This document shows, in pieces, positions 38,598 to 49,019 of a DNA stretch of 64,000 bases. The translations under genes and the position numbers were made by a program. Numbering within the stretch: position 1 is the first letter of the stretch; each line of letters opens with the position of its first letter. This DNA is from a virus (lineage: Duplodnaviria; Caudoviricetes). The stretch is taken from the IMG/VR virus record IMGVR_UViG_3300014039_000311, positions 1 through 64,000 of that record; one strand, given 5' to 3'. Under the pieces are notes generated by a model. That model was not told where the DNA came from. It was given only the letters and a program-made list of their open reading frames with translations, and made no database searches.

Positions 38598-38843
38598 ATG
38601 ATTACGTTTATATTAGGTGTTTTTATAGGTATTATTCTTGTACCATTGTTAATTTACCTTAGGGCAAGAAAATCAGGATGGGATGACAGTAATATATTTA
38701 ATATATTTAGAGTCTTATGTCACTTGGCATTACATCCAAAGGATTTTATCTTAATGCAATATAAGGATGGCACTAAGCCATTTTGGTATCTGACCAAGGA
38801 TGAATTTTCAGAAATAGTAAAAACGAGACCAAAGATGAATTAA
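38598..38843 (+). CDS. Small membrane protein
   Basis: N-terminal hydrophobic helix. Confidence 0.55.
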   Translation: MITFILGVFIGIILVPLLIYLRARKSGWDDSNIFNIFRVLCHLALHPKDFILMQYKDGTKPFWYLTKDEFSEIVKTRPKMN

Positions 38844-38849
38844 TATCGA

Positions 38850-38885
38850 TTAATAGCCCACTATCTAATGACGGTGAGCTATTAA
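38850..38885. terminator. Bidirectional terminator between convergent genes
   Basis: TTAATAGCCCAC...GTGAGCTATTAA. Confidence 0.55.
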
Positions 38886-39256
38886 TATTTTATTATTCTA
38901 ACTAATTTATTCTGTTTTTTCATTACTTTTACAATGTGTTCAGTCCCTTTACTCTTACCATCCCAAAAAGCTATCAAAGCGTGTGAATATTCTGCCATAA
39001 TATTATTTCTGACATACCCAGCAGACTTACCATATTTATCCCAATCGGCGGGATAACAATAGAGTTGTAAATCGTGATTAATAGCAAACTGTTCTCCTAA
39101 TCTATCAGCACCTCTTGCACCACCTGATACAATCTCCACTTTATGTGTTTTTAACTTATTGGATAATATTTTTAGACATTTATCCTCCAACAATTTATAG
39201 TCGTTAAAATCACGTCCTCCTGCTATTATAACTTTGAATATTTTTTTCTCTTTCAT
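38882..39256 (-). CDS. SLOG-family protein (DUF2493/YspA-like)
   Basis: IIAGGRDF...IVSGGARGAD...PADW..YGKSAG..RN..MA....LIAFWDGKSKGT. Confidence 0.8.
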   Translation of the reverse strand: MKEKKIFKVIIAGGRDFNDYKLLEDKCLKILSNKLKTHKVEIVSGGARGADRLGEQFAINHDLQLYCYPADWDKYGKSAGYVRNNIMAEYSHALIAFWDGKSKGTEHIVKVMKKQNKLVRIIKY

Positions 39257-39266
39257 ATTAATCGTC

Positions 39267-40223
39267 TTACTGAAATATTTTATTGATTTCTTCTATCCAA
39301 TTATGTTTTATCACCGCCTTATATGCTCCTTGATGATTTACTATAAAATCTGTCTTATTTTTACATTTCATCGCAGCCTTCAAACAGTTTTTCTTACAGT
39401 TCCAAAATCCGTTCGAATATTTCTTTTTATCATAGATGCCAAACTCATCAAACCACCCATTTTTAAGACAAACATAATAACATTGATAATTCGCCTTCCG
39501 TAAATCACATTTATAAATATAATCCTTGCAAAATTCCTTACATTTATCGTAAGTCCATTGTTTATTCAAGCCAAGTGAGCCACTATGTTCTCCTGTCTTT
39601 GCAATATTCAATACTTTCCATCCTTTATCCTTGTATATAGTAACCCAACGATCTTCTTGTATTAAACTTTCCCTTGCATTCAAATTTTCTTCTTTAATGA
39701 TCGGAGAAGGAATATCAATGTTATTATTATTGCAAAACATATACAAGGAATCATATGTTATCCTTCCATCTGAATGTCTTCGGCCTCTTCGATGTGATAA
39801 GTCTCTCTCATGTAGATTTATTGTTCTTCCTATATAACAAGCATTATACGATTTAATTTCATATACATATATCAGATTATTTCTTTTTTCAATATCATTA
39901 AATCTTTTATCATCTTTAATGAATACGTTTTCATCCAAGTAAGCGATGCAGTCGTTCTTCAAGGCAGCATTATAACCACTTTTACAGTGTTTCCTAAAAT
40001 CTTTCTTTGTACGATATCTTTTTGCCTCCACGATAATATTATCGATTTTATCCCAATAGCCTACAGGTTTAGACTTTAATGGAAATATATCGTGCAACCA
40101 CCCGTTCCTTTTCAAACCCATATAACATCCGTAGCAATTCTTTTGTAAATCAGAAATACATTTATATTTTACGGCTTCATTAAGACAGTTATTCTTATTA
40201 TTCCAATAATTAATCTCTCTCAT
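39267..40223 (-). CDS. GIY-YIG endonuclease flanked by tandem helical repeats (2+2)
   Basis: LIYVY...YIGRT...R...H, QEDRW, LN; repeats of W...C..EA.KY....Y....NGW. Confidence 0.75.
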   Translation of the reverse strand: MREINYWNNKNNCLNEAVKYKCISDLQKNCYGCYMGLKRNGWLHDIFPLKSKPVGYWDKIDNIIVEAKRYRTKKDFRKHCKSGYNAALKNDCIAYLDENVFIKDDKRFNDIEKRNNLIYVYEIKSYNACYIGRTINLHERDLSHRRGRRHSDGRITYDSLYMFCNNNNIDIPSPIIKEENLNARESLIQEDRWVTIYKDKGWKVLNIAKTGEHSGSLGLNKQWTYDKCKEFCKDYIYKCDLRKANYQCYYVCLKNGWFDEFGIYDKKKYSNGFWNCKKNCLKAAMKCKNKTDFIVNHQGAYKAVIKHNWIEEINKIFQ

Positions 40224-40226
40224 CTG

Positions 40227-41624
40227 TTACCTTGAATACCTTAAATCATCAAAATGGTTTTTCTTAATTGAATTATAGCAACCGCCATATATCTTTATCA
40301 ATTCTCTCGCATTCTTACATTCCTTAAACGCCTTACGACAATTTTCATAATCATCCCAATATCTATTCGGTAATTTCGAATATTTAAAGAAATCTTGAAG
40401 CCATCCCTTCTTTCTACTAGCATTATAGGCACTTTGATTTTTTATCTTAAATTCAGTTATGTTCCTATATCTTGAGGCTTCCTCTCTGCAAGCCTCATAA
40501 TTCCACTTGCATATTGCACCTAAGGAACCCTTGTTAATACCCGTGGTGGCAATATTCAAAGACGTCCATCCTTTATCAATGTATTCTTTCAGATAAAAGT
40601 CCTCATAATATTGGCTTTCTGGAGCGGTAAGGTTTTCTTTGAGTATTACGTATGGAGGGATTTCAATCCCTTTATCATTACAGAACTTAAAAATAGAGTC
40701 GTTATGGTCTCTAATGTGTTGTTGATTTCTTCTCTTTAAATTATTCGTTCTCCCGACATAAAAAGTGTTATAATCGACAAAGAGATAAATATATACAAGA
40801 TGAATCTTTTCATCATATGAATGATATAATATTGTTTTATCGTATAGATTATTTATCTCATTCTTCCAACCGTTTTTAATCGCACAATGATAAGCACCAT
40901 AACATTTGAGCTGAAACTCTTTCAGATTCCTATATTTCTTGGCTTCATTAAAGCAGTTTTCCTTTATATCCCAATATCCATTAGGTTTCCTCTTCTTGAA
41001 ATCAGGGAAACAATCCGTCTCCCAATGATGCTTCAATACCGATGCATAGCATCCATTACTTTTGTCCTTCAATTCTGTCATCGTCTTATACTTCTTTGCT
41101 TCTTCGATGCAATGGGCTTTATTATTCCAATAACCGAATTCCTTGCCATTATGTCGGTTAATATTAAAAAATCCGTCTTTCCATTTATTGCGAACAATGG
41201 AATTATAACAGTATTTATTGTTTTTCTTTAATTCAGTGATTGTTGAATATTTTTCACATTCTTTTTTACAATTTACATAGTCATTCCAATATTTAAATAT
41301 TTTATAATCAGGATAATCGGCAAACACTTCTTCAAGCCATCCATTTTCTTTCATCGATAAATAACAAACAGGTGATAGTCTGATAAAGGTCGCAAAATTC
41401 GGATATCTTTTAGCTTTAACAATACAATTTTCTTTATTATCCCATTTAGTGATGACTTTACCTTTATTAGGATAAAATATATTAATCCATCCATTACGAC
41501 TTATAGAATTATAACAAGCTGATGAATTAGATTTTAATTCCTTAAGATTTTTATATTTTTGACATTCGATTTTACATATATCGAAGTTATTCCAATATCC
41601 ATTTGGTTTCCTTTTATTTTCCAT
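40227..41624 (-). CDS. GIY-YIG endonuclease flanked by tandem helical repeats (5+2)
   Basis: LVYIY...YVGRTNNLKRR..QH, YEDFY, LN; seven repeats of about 50 aa. Confidence 0.75.
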   Translation of the reverse strand: MENKRKPNGYWNNFDICKIECQKYKNLKELKSNSSACYNSISRNGWINIFYPNKGKVITKWDNKENCIVKAKRYPNFATFIRLSPVCYLSMKENGWLEEVFADYPDYKIFKYWNDYVNCKKECEKYSTITELKKNNKYCYNSIVRNKWKDGFFNINRHNGKEFGYWNNKAHCIEEAKKYKTMTELKDKSNGCYASVLKHHWETDCFPDFKKRKPNGYWDIKENCFNEAKKYRNLKEFQLKCYGAYHCAIKNGWKNEINNLYDKTILYHSYDEKIHLVYIYLFVDYNTFYVGRTNNLKRRNQQHIRDHNDSIFKFCNDKGIEIPPYVILKENLTAPESQYYEDFYLKEYIDKGWTSLNIATTGINKGSLGAICKWNYEACREEASRYRNITEFKIKNQSAYNASRKKGWLQDFFKYSKLPNRYWDDYENCRKAFKECKNARELIKIYGGCYNSIKKNHFDDLRYSR

Positions 41625-41643
41625 TCAATTTATCCTTAATAGT

Positions 41644-43149
41644 TTACGAAATGTATTTTGAATTAGTATAGGTATATTCGATAAAACCGCAATCCCATAT
41701 TCGGTAATAATCATTATCTTTTCTGTTAATTAACGTTATAATTTCAGTTTTATTTATCCTTTTTCCATGACCATTAGTATATGTATAGTCAACATCGAGT
41801 ACTTTATTGAAAATAAACCCGTTCTTAGTATATAAATTATTATCCTTATCGTATTCCCATCTTCGGTCAATAAAAGCTTTTATGCTCTTGCAATTATATT
41901 CGTTGGTAAAAAATTTTATTATCTTTGAAAAGGTATCTTGAACTGTGTAATGGATATCGTTAGCAAACCTATCAAGTATCCATTCTTCATCATGACGCCT
42001 ACTGAGTGATATTACACTCATTAATTTTTCCTGATAAAACGCTCCTAAATGGATATCTGCGTCGCAATAACCTTGAATATTGTTATAATTCATAAATTTT
42101 TCTGCCTCATCATTTCTAAGCTCTCTGATACTGCATTCTCTCGTCTCAATTTTAGGTAATGATTTATCAAGTTCTAGTAAACGACTTATCTTACTAAACA
42201 AGGCTTCTTTATGAAAGATATACTCGTCCTCGAAAATATGAAATAATTTAATTCCTTTCTCTTCACATTTATTCTTCTTGGAAAGGTGGTAGTATTTATC
42301 TTTATTAAACTGCTCAGAATGCCATCGTAGTCCATTATATTCAAATGCAATATGCTTCTGAGGCAAATAAATATCGAGTTCCTTTCCATCGAGAATAGAA
42401 TGATTTCTTCGTTCGATTGATAAGTCAGATTTACCCTTGATGAAGTCAACAATTTCGTCTTCGGCATCCGATCTATGATTACCACATTTAGGGCATCCTT
42501 TTCCTTGTAATAATGCATCTGGACAAATTTGAAATTCTCCATGCTTTATACCCTTATTGTTACACTTATTGCATATTAAGGTAATCTTTGTTTGACTTGA
42601 TATATATTTAACTTTGCTAAAGTCAAGCCACTCACAATCGGATATTTTCTTAAGCTTATCAATAAACGTCTCAGTCGTATAGGTCTGCGATTTTATCTGC
42701 CTTTGTCTTCCAATTTCAGGATGGGTGCCGCCTTTCAAATGCACGATAGGCTCCTGCCAAAAGACCCCATACTCTGTACCATCTGGACGTAAATCGTGTG
42801 AAATTATCTTGACTTTGATGTGCATACCTTTATATTCAACTTCAGAATAATCTAAATTTTCTCCTTTGTGTACCTCCTTAAATCTTTTAATTATTTTGTC
42901 TCGTGAAAATAGCTTGCCTTTTGATATACGTAACCCTTTTTTATCAGGATGACATTGTCCCTTTAAATGGTTCGACGGTGTTTGCCAAAACTCACCGTAT
43001 TCGACACCATTTGGGCTCTTGTCGTGATCTATTATTTTTACTGGTGTACGATTATTAATATATTCAACTTCAGAATAATCTAAATTTTCTCCTTTGTGAA
43101 TATGCTTTGCCTTTAAAATAAAGTTATTTTTTAATATATTTCTATCCAT
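41644..43149 (-). CDS. Hef-like homing endonuclease
   Basis: N-terminal DYS.V.Y...GEFWQ repeats; KELDIYLPQKHIAFEYNGLRWHSE; DRRW; RIWDCG. Confidence 0.7.
   Translation of the reverse strand: MDRNILKNNFILKAKHIHKGENLDYSEVEYINNRTPVKIIDHDKSPNGVEYGEFWQTPSNHLKGQCHPDKKGLRISKGKLFSRDKIIKRFKEVHKGENLDYSEVEYKGMHIKVKIISHDLRPDGTEYGVFWQEPIVHLKGGTHPEIGRQRQIKSQTYTTETFIDKLKKISDCEWLDFSKVKYISSQTKITLICNKCNNKGIKHGEFQICPDALLQGKGCPKCGNHRSDAEDEIVDFIKGKSDLSIERRNHSILDGKELDIYLPQKHIAFEYNGLRWHSEQFNKDKYYHLSKKNKCEEKGIKLFHIFEDEYIFHKEALFSKISRLLELDKSLPKIETRECSIRELRNDEAEKFMNYNNIQGYCDADIHLGAFYQEKLMSVISLSRRHDEEWILDRFANDIHYTVQDTFSKIIKFFTNEYNCKSIKAFIDRRWEYDKDNNLYTKNGFIFNKVLDVDYTYTNGHGKRINKTEIITLINRKDNDYYRIWDCGFIEYTYTNSKYIS
42831..43098. 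repeat. Identical 40-bp direct repeat (42831-42870 and 43059-43098)
   Basis: Both copies encode HKGENLDYSEVEY. Confidence 0.8.
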
Positions 43150-43232
43150 TACATTTATAGTCCTAATAAACTAAAAGACAAAATTATATAATTTGTCTTT
43201 AATAGCAAAGAAAAAAATAGTTAAATAACTAT

Positions 43233-43263
43233 AAAAAAAAAAGACACTACATTATGTAGTGTC
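43233..43263 (-). terminator. Terminator after major capsid gene
   Basis: GACACTACAT-T-ATGTAGTGTC followed by a long T-tract on the minus strand. Confidence 0.75.
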
Positions 43264-43290
43264 CTTCAATATAATTAAGATATTGTTAGA

Positions 43291-45228
43291 TTATCTCAAT
43301 TCATTAGGGTTCCAATAAACCAAACCGTCGACCTTTATTGCTCCATAGTATCTATTATTTACTAACTTCTTGGCATAACGGGTACATATACCCTTTACAG
43401 GTGCGAAGTTAAATGGATTATACATTGTAGGTGTTAATGCCATCGGAATATATGGGGCATATATGTAGCCAGTGTCGAGCAAGCTTGTACCGTGGTGTCC
43501 CATAATCAGTGACCAATGAGGTGCGTATGGGTCGACAATCACCTGATAACGTCCTTGCAAAGAACCAATCTTCTCAATACCCATATTGTATTGGTCACTC
43601 TCGGCAGATGCATCTGTCACGTGGAAATACTCAAGGTCATTCAACACAGCAGAAATCTCAGCAGAAACTACGATGAAGTTTGCACCACCACGTAATGTAG
43701 CCTTCTGGATCTGTGCAGAAATTTGGTTAATCTTAGTCATCAAAGTCTGGTTCCAATCCTTCTGTGTATAGACAGTCGATGTGGTAGCCAAACGTTGCCA
43801 TCCGTTATAGTCCCAACGTGCTTGCCAAGGAGCTGCCTTACGTAAATCACGAAGAATCTCACGGTCAATCTCGGCTGCGATTTGCTCAGAAAGGATTGCT
43901 GTCAACTCAGCTTCGGCATCGATATTATGGAAAGCGGACACGTCTTGTGCAAGTTCAGGTGACCAAGTAGCTCTCAACTTTCTTTCCTCGACAGATACTG
44001 TTTCTGAAGTAAGTTGGAATGAAACCTCACCCATCTCAGTCTCCAATTCGAGCGAATCGTACTGTGCCCAAGCAATCTGGAATAACTCGTCGGCCAACAA
44101 TGCGTTATCATCATCCTTGTCAGTCAAGTCAGCGACCTTTGTAGGATCGATACCGATATAACCATTAATTGTCTTACCTTGTTTCTTGCAAGGCTTTGTC
44201 AAGTCAAGTTCGATATACATCTTACCCTTGCCATCACAAATGTTTGCCTTACCCTTATCGTCGTTATAATTAACCAACTGGTCACCATACTTCTGAGTTA
44301 CGAAACGGAAAGGAATTGATTCACCTTTTTTGAACGATGTGAAATCATCACCACCATCAATATCTTTTGTAACAATAACCTTCATTGAAGCTGTAAATGC
44401 TTCGCTATCCATTTCATTACCGTCAGGACCGGTCAAACGACCTGCATTATAAGAAGAGAAACCTCCTACTTGAAGCAAAAGGCTGCTCAAAGAGTTATCC
44501 ATGCTATTCAAAGGCAAATGTGCCACATCCTCTACTGAATGATAAGCACCATCTGCACCGATTTCAACGACACTTGCAGTACCTACCTTAATAGTTACAC
44601 GACCTTTAGAGTTGTCGAACAAGAAATCATTGTAGAACAAGTCGTACAAAGTCTTCTTCATATAGGTTGTAACCTTTGGTGTTGTGTGATCCTTGTCAGT
44701 CTGTACTGGTTCTACAACCTCATCAGGGAGACCATAACGACCGTATGATTCGAATGAACGTCTTGTCTTATCATTGGCATCGAAACTAGAACCATCATAG
44801 AAACGGTTTTGTCTCTGATAACCTTGGAGACCTACGTGGCGTCCAGTATCACCGTCTGTAATCTTAGTAGCGTCTTTGAAATCCCAATCTCTCTCTGATG
44901 TAACAGGCTTGATGAAGAACAACTTTCCGATAGGAAGGTTCATTGCCTGTACTGATACGATGTCGTTTGCAAGCAATTTTGAGAACACACGACGAATAAG
45001 AGGGAATACAACTGTCTCGAATGAACCTGAGTTATCAGCGGTAGTTGCCTCGTAAATCAAGTGTTTAGCCTGACTTTCGTAAAGAGTTGCGATACTCTCC
45101 TTAATATGTCCTTGCAAACCGTCGAGAAGACCAAGGTTTTCCCAACGTTTCTGAATATCTTCTCTGATTTTCTTTTGTGCGTTGAGTTCAATGTTGCCAA
45201 CCGCACCACTAGTTAATAATTCACGCAT
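43291..45228 (-). CDS. Major capsid protein (T4 gp23-like) with large insertion
   Basis: PLIRRVF...VSVQAM; RKLRATWSPELAQD; DAEAELTAILSEQIAAEIDREI; GYIYAPYIP; TRYA. Confidence 0.93.
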   Translation of the reverse strand: MRELLTSGAVGNIELNAQKKIREDIQKRWENLGLLDGLQGHIKESIATLYESQAKHLIYEATTADNSGSFETVVFPLIRRVFSKLLANDIVSVQAMNLPIGKLFFIKPVTSERDWDFKDATKITDGDTGRHVGLQGYQRQNRFYDGSSFDANDKTRRSFESYGRYGLPDEVVEPVQTDKDHTTPKVTTYMKKTLYDLFYNDFLFDNSKGRVTIKVGTASVVEIGADGAYHSVEDVAHLPLNSMDNSLSSLLLQVGGFSSYNAGRLTGPDGNEMDSEAFTASMKVIVTKDIDGGDDFTSFKKGESIPFRFVTQKYGDQLVNYNDDKGKANICDGKGKMYIELDLTKPCKKQGKTINGYIGIDPTKVADLTDKDDDNALLADELFQIAWAQYDSLELETEMGEVSFQLTSETVSVEERKLRATWSPELAQDVSAFHNIDAEAELTAILSEQIAAEIDREILRDLRKAAPWQARWDYNGWQRLATTSTVYTQKDWNQTLMTKINQISAQIQKATLRGGANFIVVSAEISAVLNDLEYFHVTDASAESDQYNMGIEKIGSLQGRYQVIVDPYAPHWSLIMGHHGTSLLDTGYIYAPYIPMALTPTMYNPFNFAPVKGICTRYAKKLVNNRYYGAIKVDGLVYWNPNELR

Positions 45229-45303
45229 ATTTTAATATACAATTTTCACTTATTATTATATAAATATTACCTTGTTATAAGAAAATTAACATTTTTTAAC
45301 AAT

Positions 45304-46653
45304 TTATTGTACTTTGTCAAGTCTTCTCATAAAATCAAGGGTTTCTGACAAATCATCTGACTGATACATCGGAGTCTCGACAGTGTGTTTTGTCGCCTCT
45401 GACAATTGTGCATTAAGAACATTGTCTACGTTCTGAGACTGATGCGTACGATGTAACTCCTCGGTAATAGTCTTGTACAAAGAATTACTCTCGTTGCAAG
45501 TCTTTACGTCGTTGAAACGTTTAATAATGGATTGTTTTTCTTCGGCAGTTGTCGCATTTTCTTTAAGCAATTTAACGATGTTACCAAGGCTTTGGTTAAT
45601 TACGACGGCTTCCTGCAAACGTTTCTGTAATTCTGGCAATAATGACTTAAGTTCCTTGTTCTCACGGAAAATCTCATTCGCCTTTCTCTTGATACCTTCC
45701 ATCTGTGCCTCACTATAAGAGTTATCTGCTGTTCCGTGAATTTGCTTTCCTCCTGCGTGGGCATTACGTCCTTTAGCAGCCTTTGAATTAGTGTTGGTAT
45801 GAACCATACCATTTCCACGATTGTATGCACCTTGTTCTTGGGTTGTCATTGCTTCATTGACATCTTGATCGAACGGTGCAGTGTCACCTTTTCCTGGGAA
45901 TGGTTTCTCAGTACCTGTAGGTACACCACCATCCATTGAGTAGGTTTTGCTTGTATCAGCAGGTTCATGATTATCAGGGGTTGTCATTGCTGTCTTTTTC
46001 TGATAATTGTCGGTATAACCTACGTTGCCATGATTTTCAGCTTCACCCAATGAATCGTCTACATCGTCGGCACAAGCATCATCGTCTAGATCAACTTGGA
46101 TAATATATTCCTTGTTGGTCTCATCGTCAGTCAATTCGATGTTTCCATCATCATTCTTAACAACACGCACGCCATCTTCAGGCTTCATTACTTTCAGAAC
46201 TTTGATGACCTCGTCGGCATCCATTCCTGTCAAGTCATATTCTCCGTCCTCACCTTTGTAATCCTCAAGACCACTCCATACATCATCGTCAGTGTCATCA
46301 GTAGTGTCATCTGCTGCATTTGCGTCTGCATCATCAGCAATGGCATCACCATCGTCACTCGTACCTTCTTCAGCGTCATCAGTTGCTGTAACATCATCAT
46401 CAGCTACAGTAACATCGTCAGTAGAAGCATCGTCGTCTTTCGTATCATCGACAGGTTTAGTATCGTCGTCTGTGACTTCTTCCTCTTCGAAAGAATTTGC
46501 GTCCTCAGATATGATTTGTCTTAAATTTCCTTTTACCTCGTCTTCAAGCAATGATTTGATTGTAGACTCAGTAATACCCTTCAACTGTTTTTCAAGGGTT
46601 TCCTTATCTTCGAGTAAATTTCTTACATATTCACTTCGGATATTCTTTGCCAT
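45304..46653 (-). CDS. Prohead core/scaffolding protein (gp22-like position)
   Basis: Highly acidic with C-terminal coiled coil and many x-x-E|A sites; lies between protease and capsid genes. Confidence 0.65.
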   Translation of the reverse strand: MAKNIRSEYVRNLLEDKETLEKQLKGITESTIKSLLEDEVKGNLRQIISEDANSFEEEEVTDDDTKPVDDTKDDDASTDDVTVADDDVTATDDAEEGTSDDGDAIADDADANAADDTTDDTDDDVWSGLEDYKGEDGEYDLTGMDADEVIKVLKVMKPEDGVRVVKNDDGNIELTDDETNKEYIIQVDLDDDACADDVDDSLGEAENHGNVGYTDNYQKKTAMTTPDNHEPADTSKTYSMDGGVPTGTEKPFPGKGDTAPFDQDVNEAMTTQEQGAYNRGNGMVHTNTNSKAAKGRNAHAGGKQIHGTADNSYSEAQMEGIKRKANEIFRENKELKSLLPELQKRLQEAVVINQSLGNIVKLLKENATTAEEKQSIIKRFNDVKTCNESNSLYKTITEELHRTHQSQNVDNVLNAQLSEATKHTVETPMYQSDDLSETLDFMRRLDKVQ

Positions 46654-46736
46654 TACAAAATAATTTTATATTTAATTATAAATATGTACCAATAATCAAA
46701 AATATTTAAGTATCTTATCAGTACTGAAAGTTTTTA

Positions 46737-47462
46737 TCAAATACCGAGTATTTGATTTATTTTATTTATTTTTTCATTAATTATAGGCTTCTTTTCCTTG
46801 GTTTTATCATCCTCAACGAATGGCTGCAATTCTTCTTCACTTTGCCTTATCCACGCATTAGGTGTACTTGGTTCCATTACCACGTCCCAACATATTAATT
46901 CAAAGTCATCATCTACGACGACTTTTCCACCTGGTATTTGTTTCACGGAACCTACACCTCGTGACGATACTCCTATTAGATAACCAGATAAAAGCATATT
47001 TGCCACCATATCACCACTTGTAGAACAAATACCATATTGTTTATAACCAGGAGATAAATGGAGTTCCATTGTGCCTACCAAAGTATGATTATCCCAATGC
47101 AATTCCAATATGTTATGTGATACGTCATGTCCTGATAAACTTGAGCTGCTTGGATGGTCAAGACTTCCTATTGCGCAACGTTTATTCACTCTGTCATTTA
47201 TGTATTTGTCGACTTCACGTTTTAATATTGCTTCAGGATAAATACGATTGTTTGCGTTAGGAATACCGAACTTTTGGAAAACTGCGGATACGACAAAGTG
47301 GTCTGGACAAACGAATTTATGTCCAGACTCAATGTCTTCACGTATTTGTTTAATTGAATCTTGTTCTGTTATAATATGACCGTCATTCTCAATGAGCAAA
47401 CCAGTACCTGTTTGCCCTTTCTTAATTTCGGTCAATTGAGATGTATATTGTTCACTATTCAT
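46737..47462 (-). CDS. Prohead protease (T4 gp21-like)
   Basis: NANNRIYP, GSLDHP, GVSSRGVGS, WDVVMEPSTPNA. Confidence 0.9.
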   Translation of the reverse strand: MNSEQYTSQLTEIKKGQTGTGLLIENDGHIITEQDSIKQIREDIESGHKFVCPDHFVVSAVFQKFGIPNANNRIYPEAILKREVDKYINDRVNKRCAIGSLDHPSSSSLSGHDVSHNILELHWDNHTLVGTMELHLSPGYKQYGICSTSGDMVANMLLSGYLIGVSSRGVGSVKQIPGGKVVVDDDFELICWDVVMEPSTPNAWIRQSEEELQPFVEDDKTKEKKPIINEKINKINQILGI

Positions 47463-47506
47463 TTATTTTATAGCATCTGAACTAATCTATAAAATAAATA
47501 TTTATA

Positions 47507-47935
47507 TTAATCCATTTTTAGCCTAAAATCAGTGCCTAATCTTTCTGATATTGAAAGATTTATTTCATTCGTTAAATTAGAGACACTTTCGTTATGAGAT
47601 GAAACACCTCTTGAATTATAAGGCTTCACGTAAACATCATATTTAATGAAACTATATTTTCCGTATTTAATAGACTTTGAACTTATATCAGTATTAGCAA
47701 GACATTCATCTGAAAATTCAGTCGAATTGCGTACTCTTGACCTTATTATGCTGATAATGTCATCCTTCAATGAATTAATGTCATTTTCATAAGTTGTCTT
47801 TTTTATTAAAGGTTTTATTCTTCCTTTGCATCTGATAATTAAAACTTTGGGATTTTCGTCTTCCAATACCGTGCCGAACGTTACATTTATTCCATTTTGT
47901 TTACCAATATTTTGATACTCGACTCTATTATTCAT
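47507..47935 (-). CDS. Hypothetical protein
   Basis: 142-aa ORF preceded by TATATTTG (47967-47960, minus strand). Confidence 0.55.
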   Translation of the reverse strand: MNNRVEYQNIGKQNGINVTFGTVLEDENPKVLIIRCKGRIKPLIKKTTYENDINSLKDDIISIIRSRVRNSTEFSDECLANTDISSKSIKYGKYSFIKYDVYVKPYNSRGVSSHNESVSNLTNEINLSISERLGTDFRLKMD

Positions 47936-48000
47936 TTATTACGTTAACATAATATGGTACAAATATATTATTTATTTTAACAAAATTAATAGTATAAATA

Positions 48001-48039
48001 AAAAAAAAAATCTGAAGCAATTATAATAATCACTTCAGA
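48001..48039 (-). terminator. Rho-independent terminator
   Basis: TCTGAAG...CTTCAGA imperfect hairpin followed by a T-tract on the minus strand. Confidence 0.65.
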
Positions 48040-48051
48040 CTACATTTATAA

Positions 48052-48987
48052 TTATAATGTTTCTTGGATTTTGATGAAATTTAATATATCGTCAATTAAT
48101 GTTTTCTCATTATATCTTTTCTCGTTTAAAGTAGTTTTGATGTTTTGCCACTGTTCCTTGTCTTCCTCCGAAGCATTGGTAATTGCCTCATCGATACTAT
48201 TAATGGTTTCAGTTTTATAATCCTCGAACAAGGCAGATTTATCAGTCTTGGATGAAACAATACTTTCGACCAACTTAACCTCATCATCAGTCAGTTTATC
48301 ATATTTTTCTGTAATCTCAGACAATGTCTGTTCGTAATTCTCTTCAATGTTATTAACGTTACTCTTACCTTTCCTTTCAAAATTTTCAATCAGATTATCC
48401 TTTACCTTGTTGAATTCATCAACGTTATTGAATGTCTTCTTATTAGTCAAAATAAATTCAATCTCTTCATACAATTTAATAGTGTCTTCATCGATATCCA
48501 ACAGTTTATTAACATTGGAATTTGTTTCGACTAAATCTATCAACTTGTCGTTTGCCTTTTTAATTGCTTTTTTATTAGTATTAACATCTGAAATACATTC
48601 GATGATACCATCAACATACTTTTCCGGATTACTTACATTCTTTTTATTACATATGCTGTTGTATACGTCAAATTGTTCTTTCAAGACTTTATCATTTTTG
48701 ATTAAATTACTTACCTCGTTGATAAATTTTTTGCCGACACGGGTTTTCATATTCTTTAGAAGACTATCTTCAAAGATGTGATAACATATTCCGAAGTTGC
48801 GGTTCTTGCCATATAATTTATCCCTATCAGTGTTTTCAATGCAATATAAGGTGTTTGCTTTGTTATATACATCATTGGCTCTCTTACGATAGTCTTCGCC
48901 CTCGTTTATCTTATTCTTGGAGTAGCATTCAATGGCTTGTTCCATCAAGGATTTGCCTTCATTATATAATTTATCTAACTTATCCAT
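48052..48987 (-). CDS. Hypothetical head-module protein
   Basis: 311-aa helical ORF downstream of portal. Confidence 0.55.
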   Translation of the reverse strand: MDKLDKLYNEGKSLMEQAIECYSKNKINEGEDYRKRANDVYNKANTLYCIENTDRDKLYGKNRNFGICYHIFEDSLLKNMKTRVGKKFINEVSNLIKNDKVLKEQFDVYNSICNKKNVSNPEKYVDGIIECISDVNTNKKAIKKANDKLIDLVETNSNVNKLLDIDEDTIKLYEEIEFILTNKKTFNNVDEFNKVKDNLIENFERKGKSNVNNIEENYEQTLSEITEKYDKLTDDEVKLVESIVSSKTDKSALFEDYKTETINSIDEAITNASEEDKEQWQNIKTTLNEKRYNEKTLIDDILNFIKIQETL

Positions 48988-49019
48988 TTGTTTAACTTTT
49001 TATTATTATAAATAGTCTG

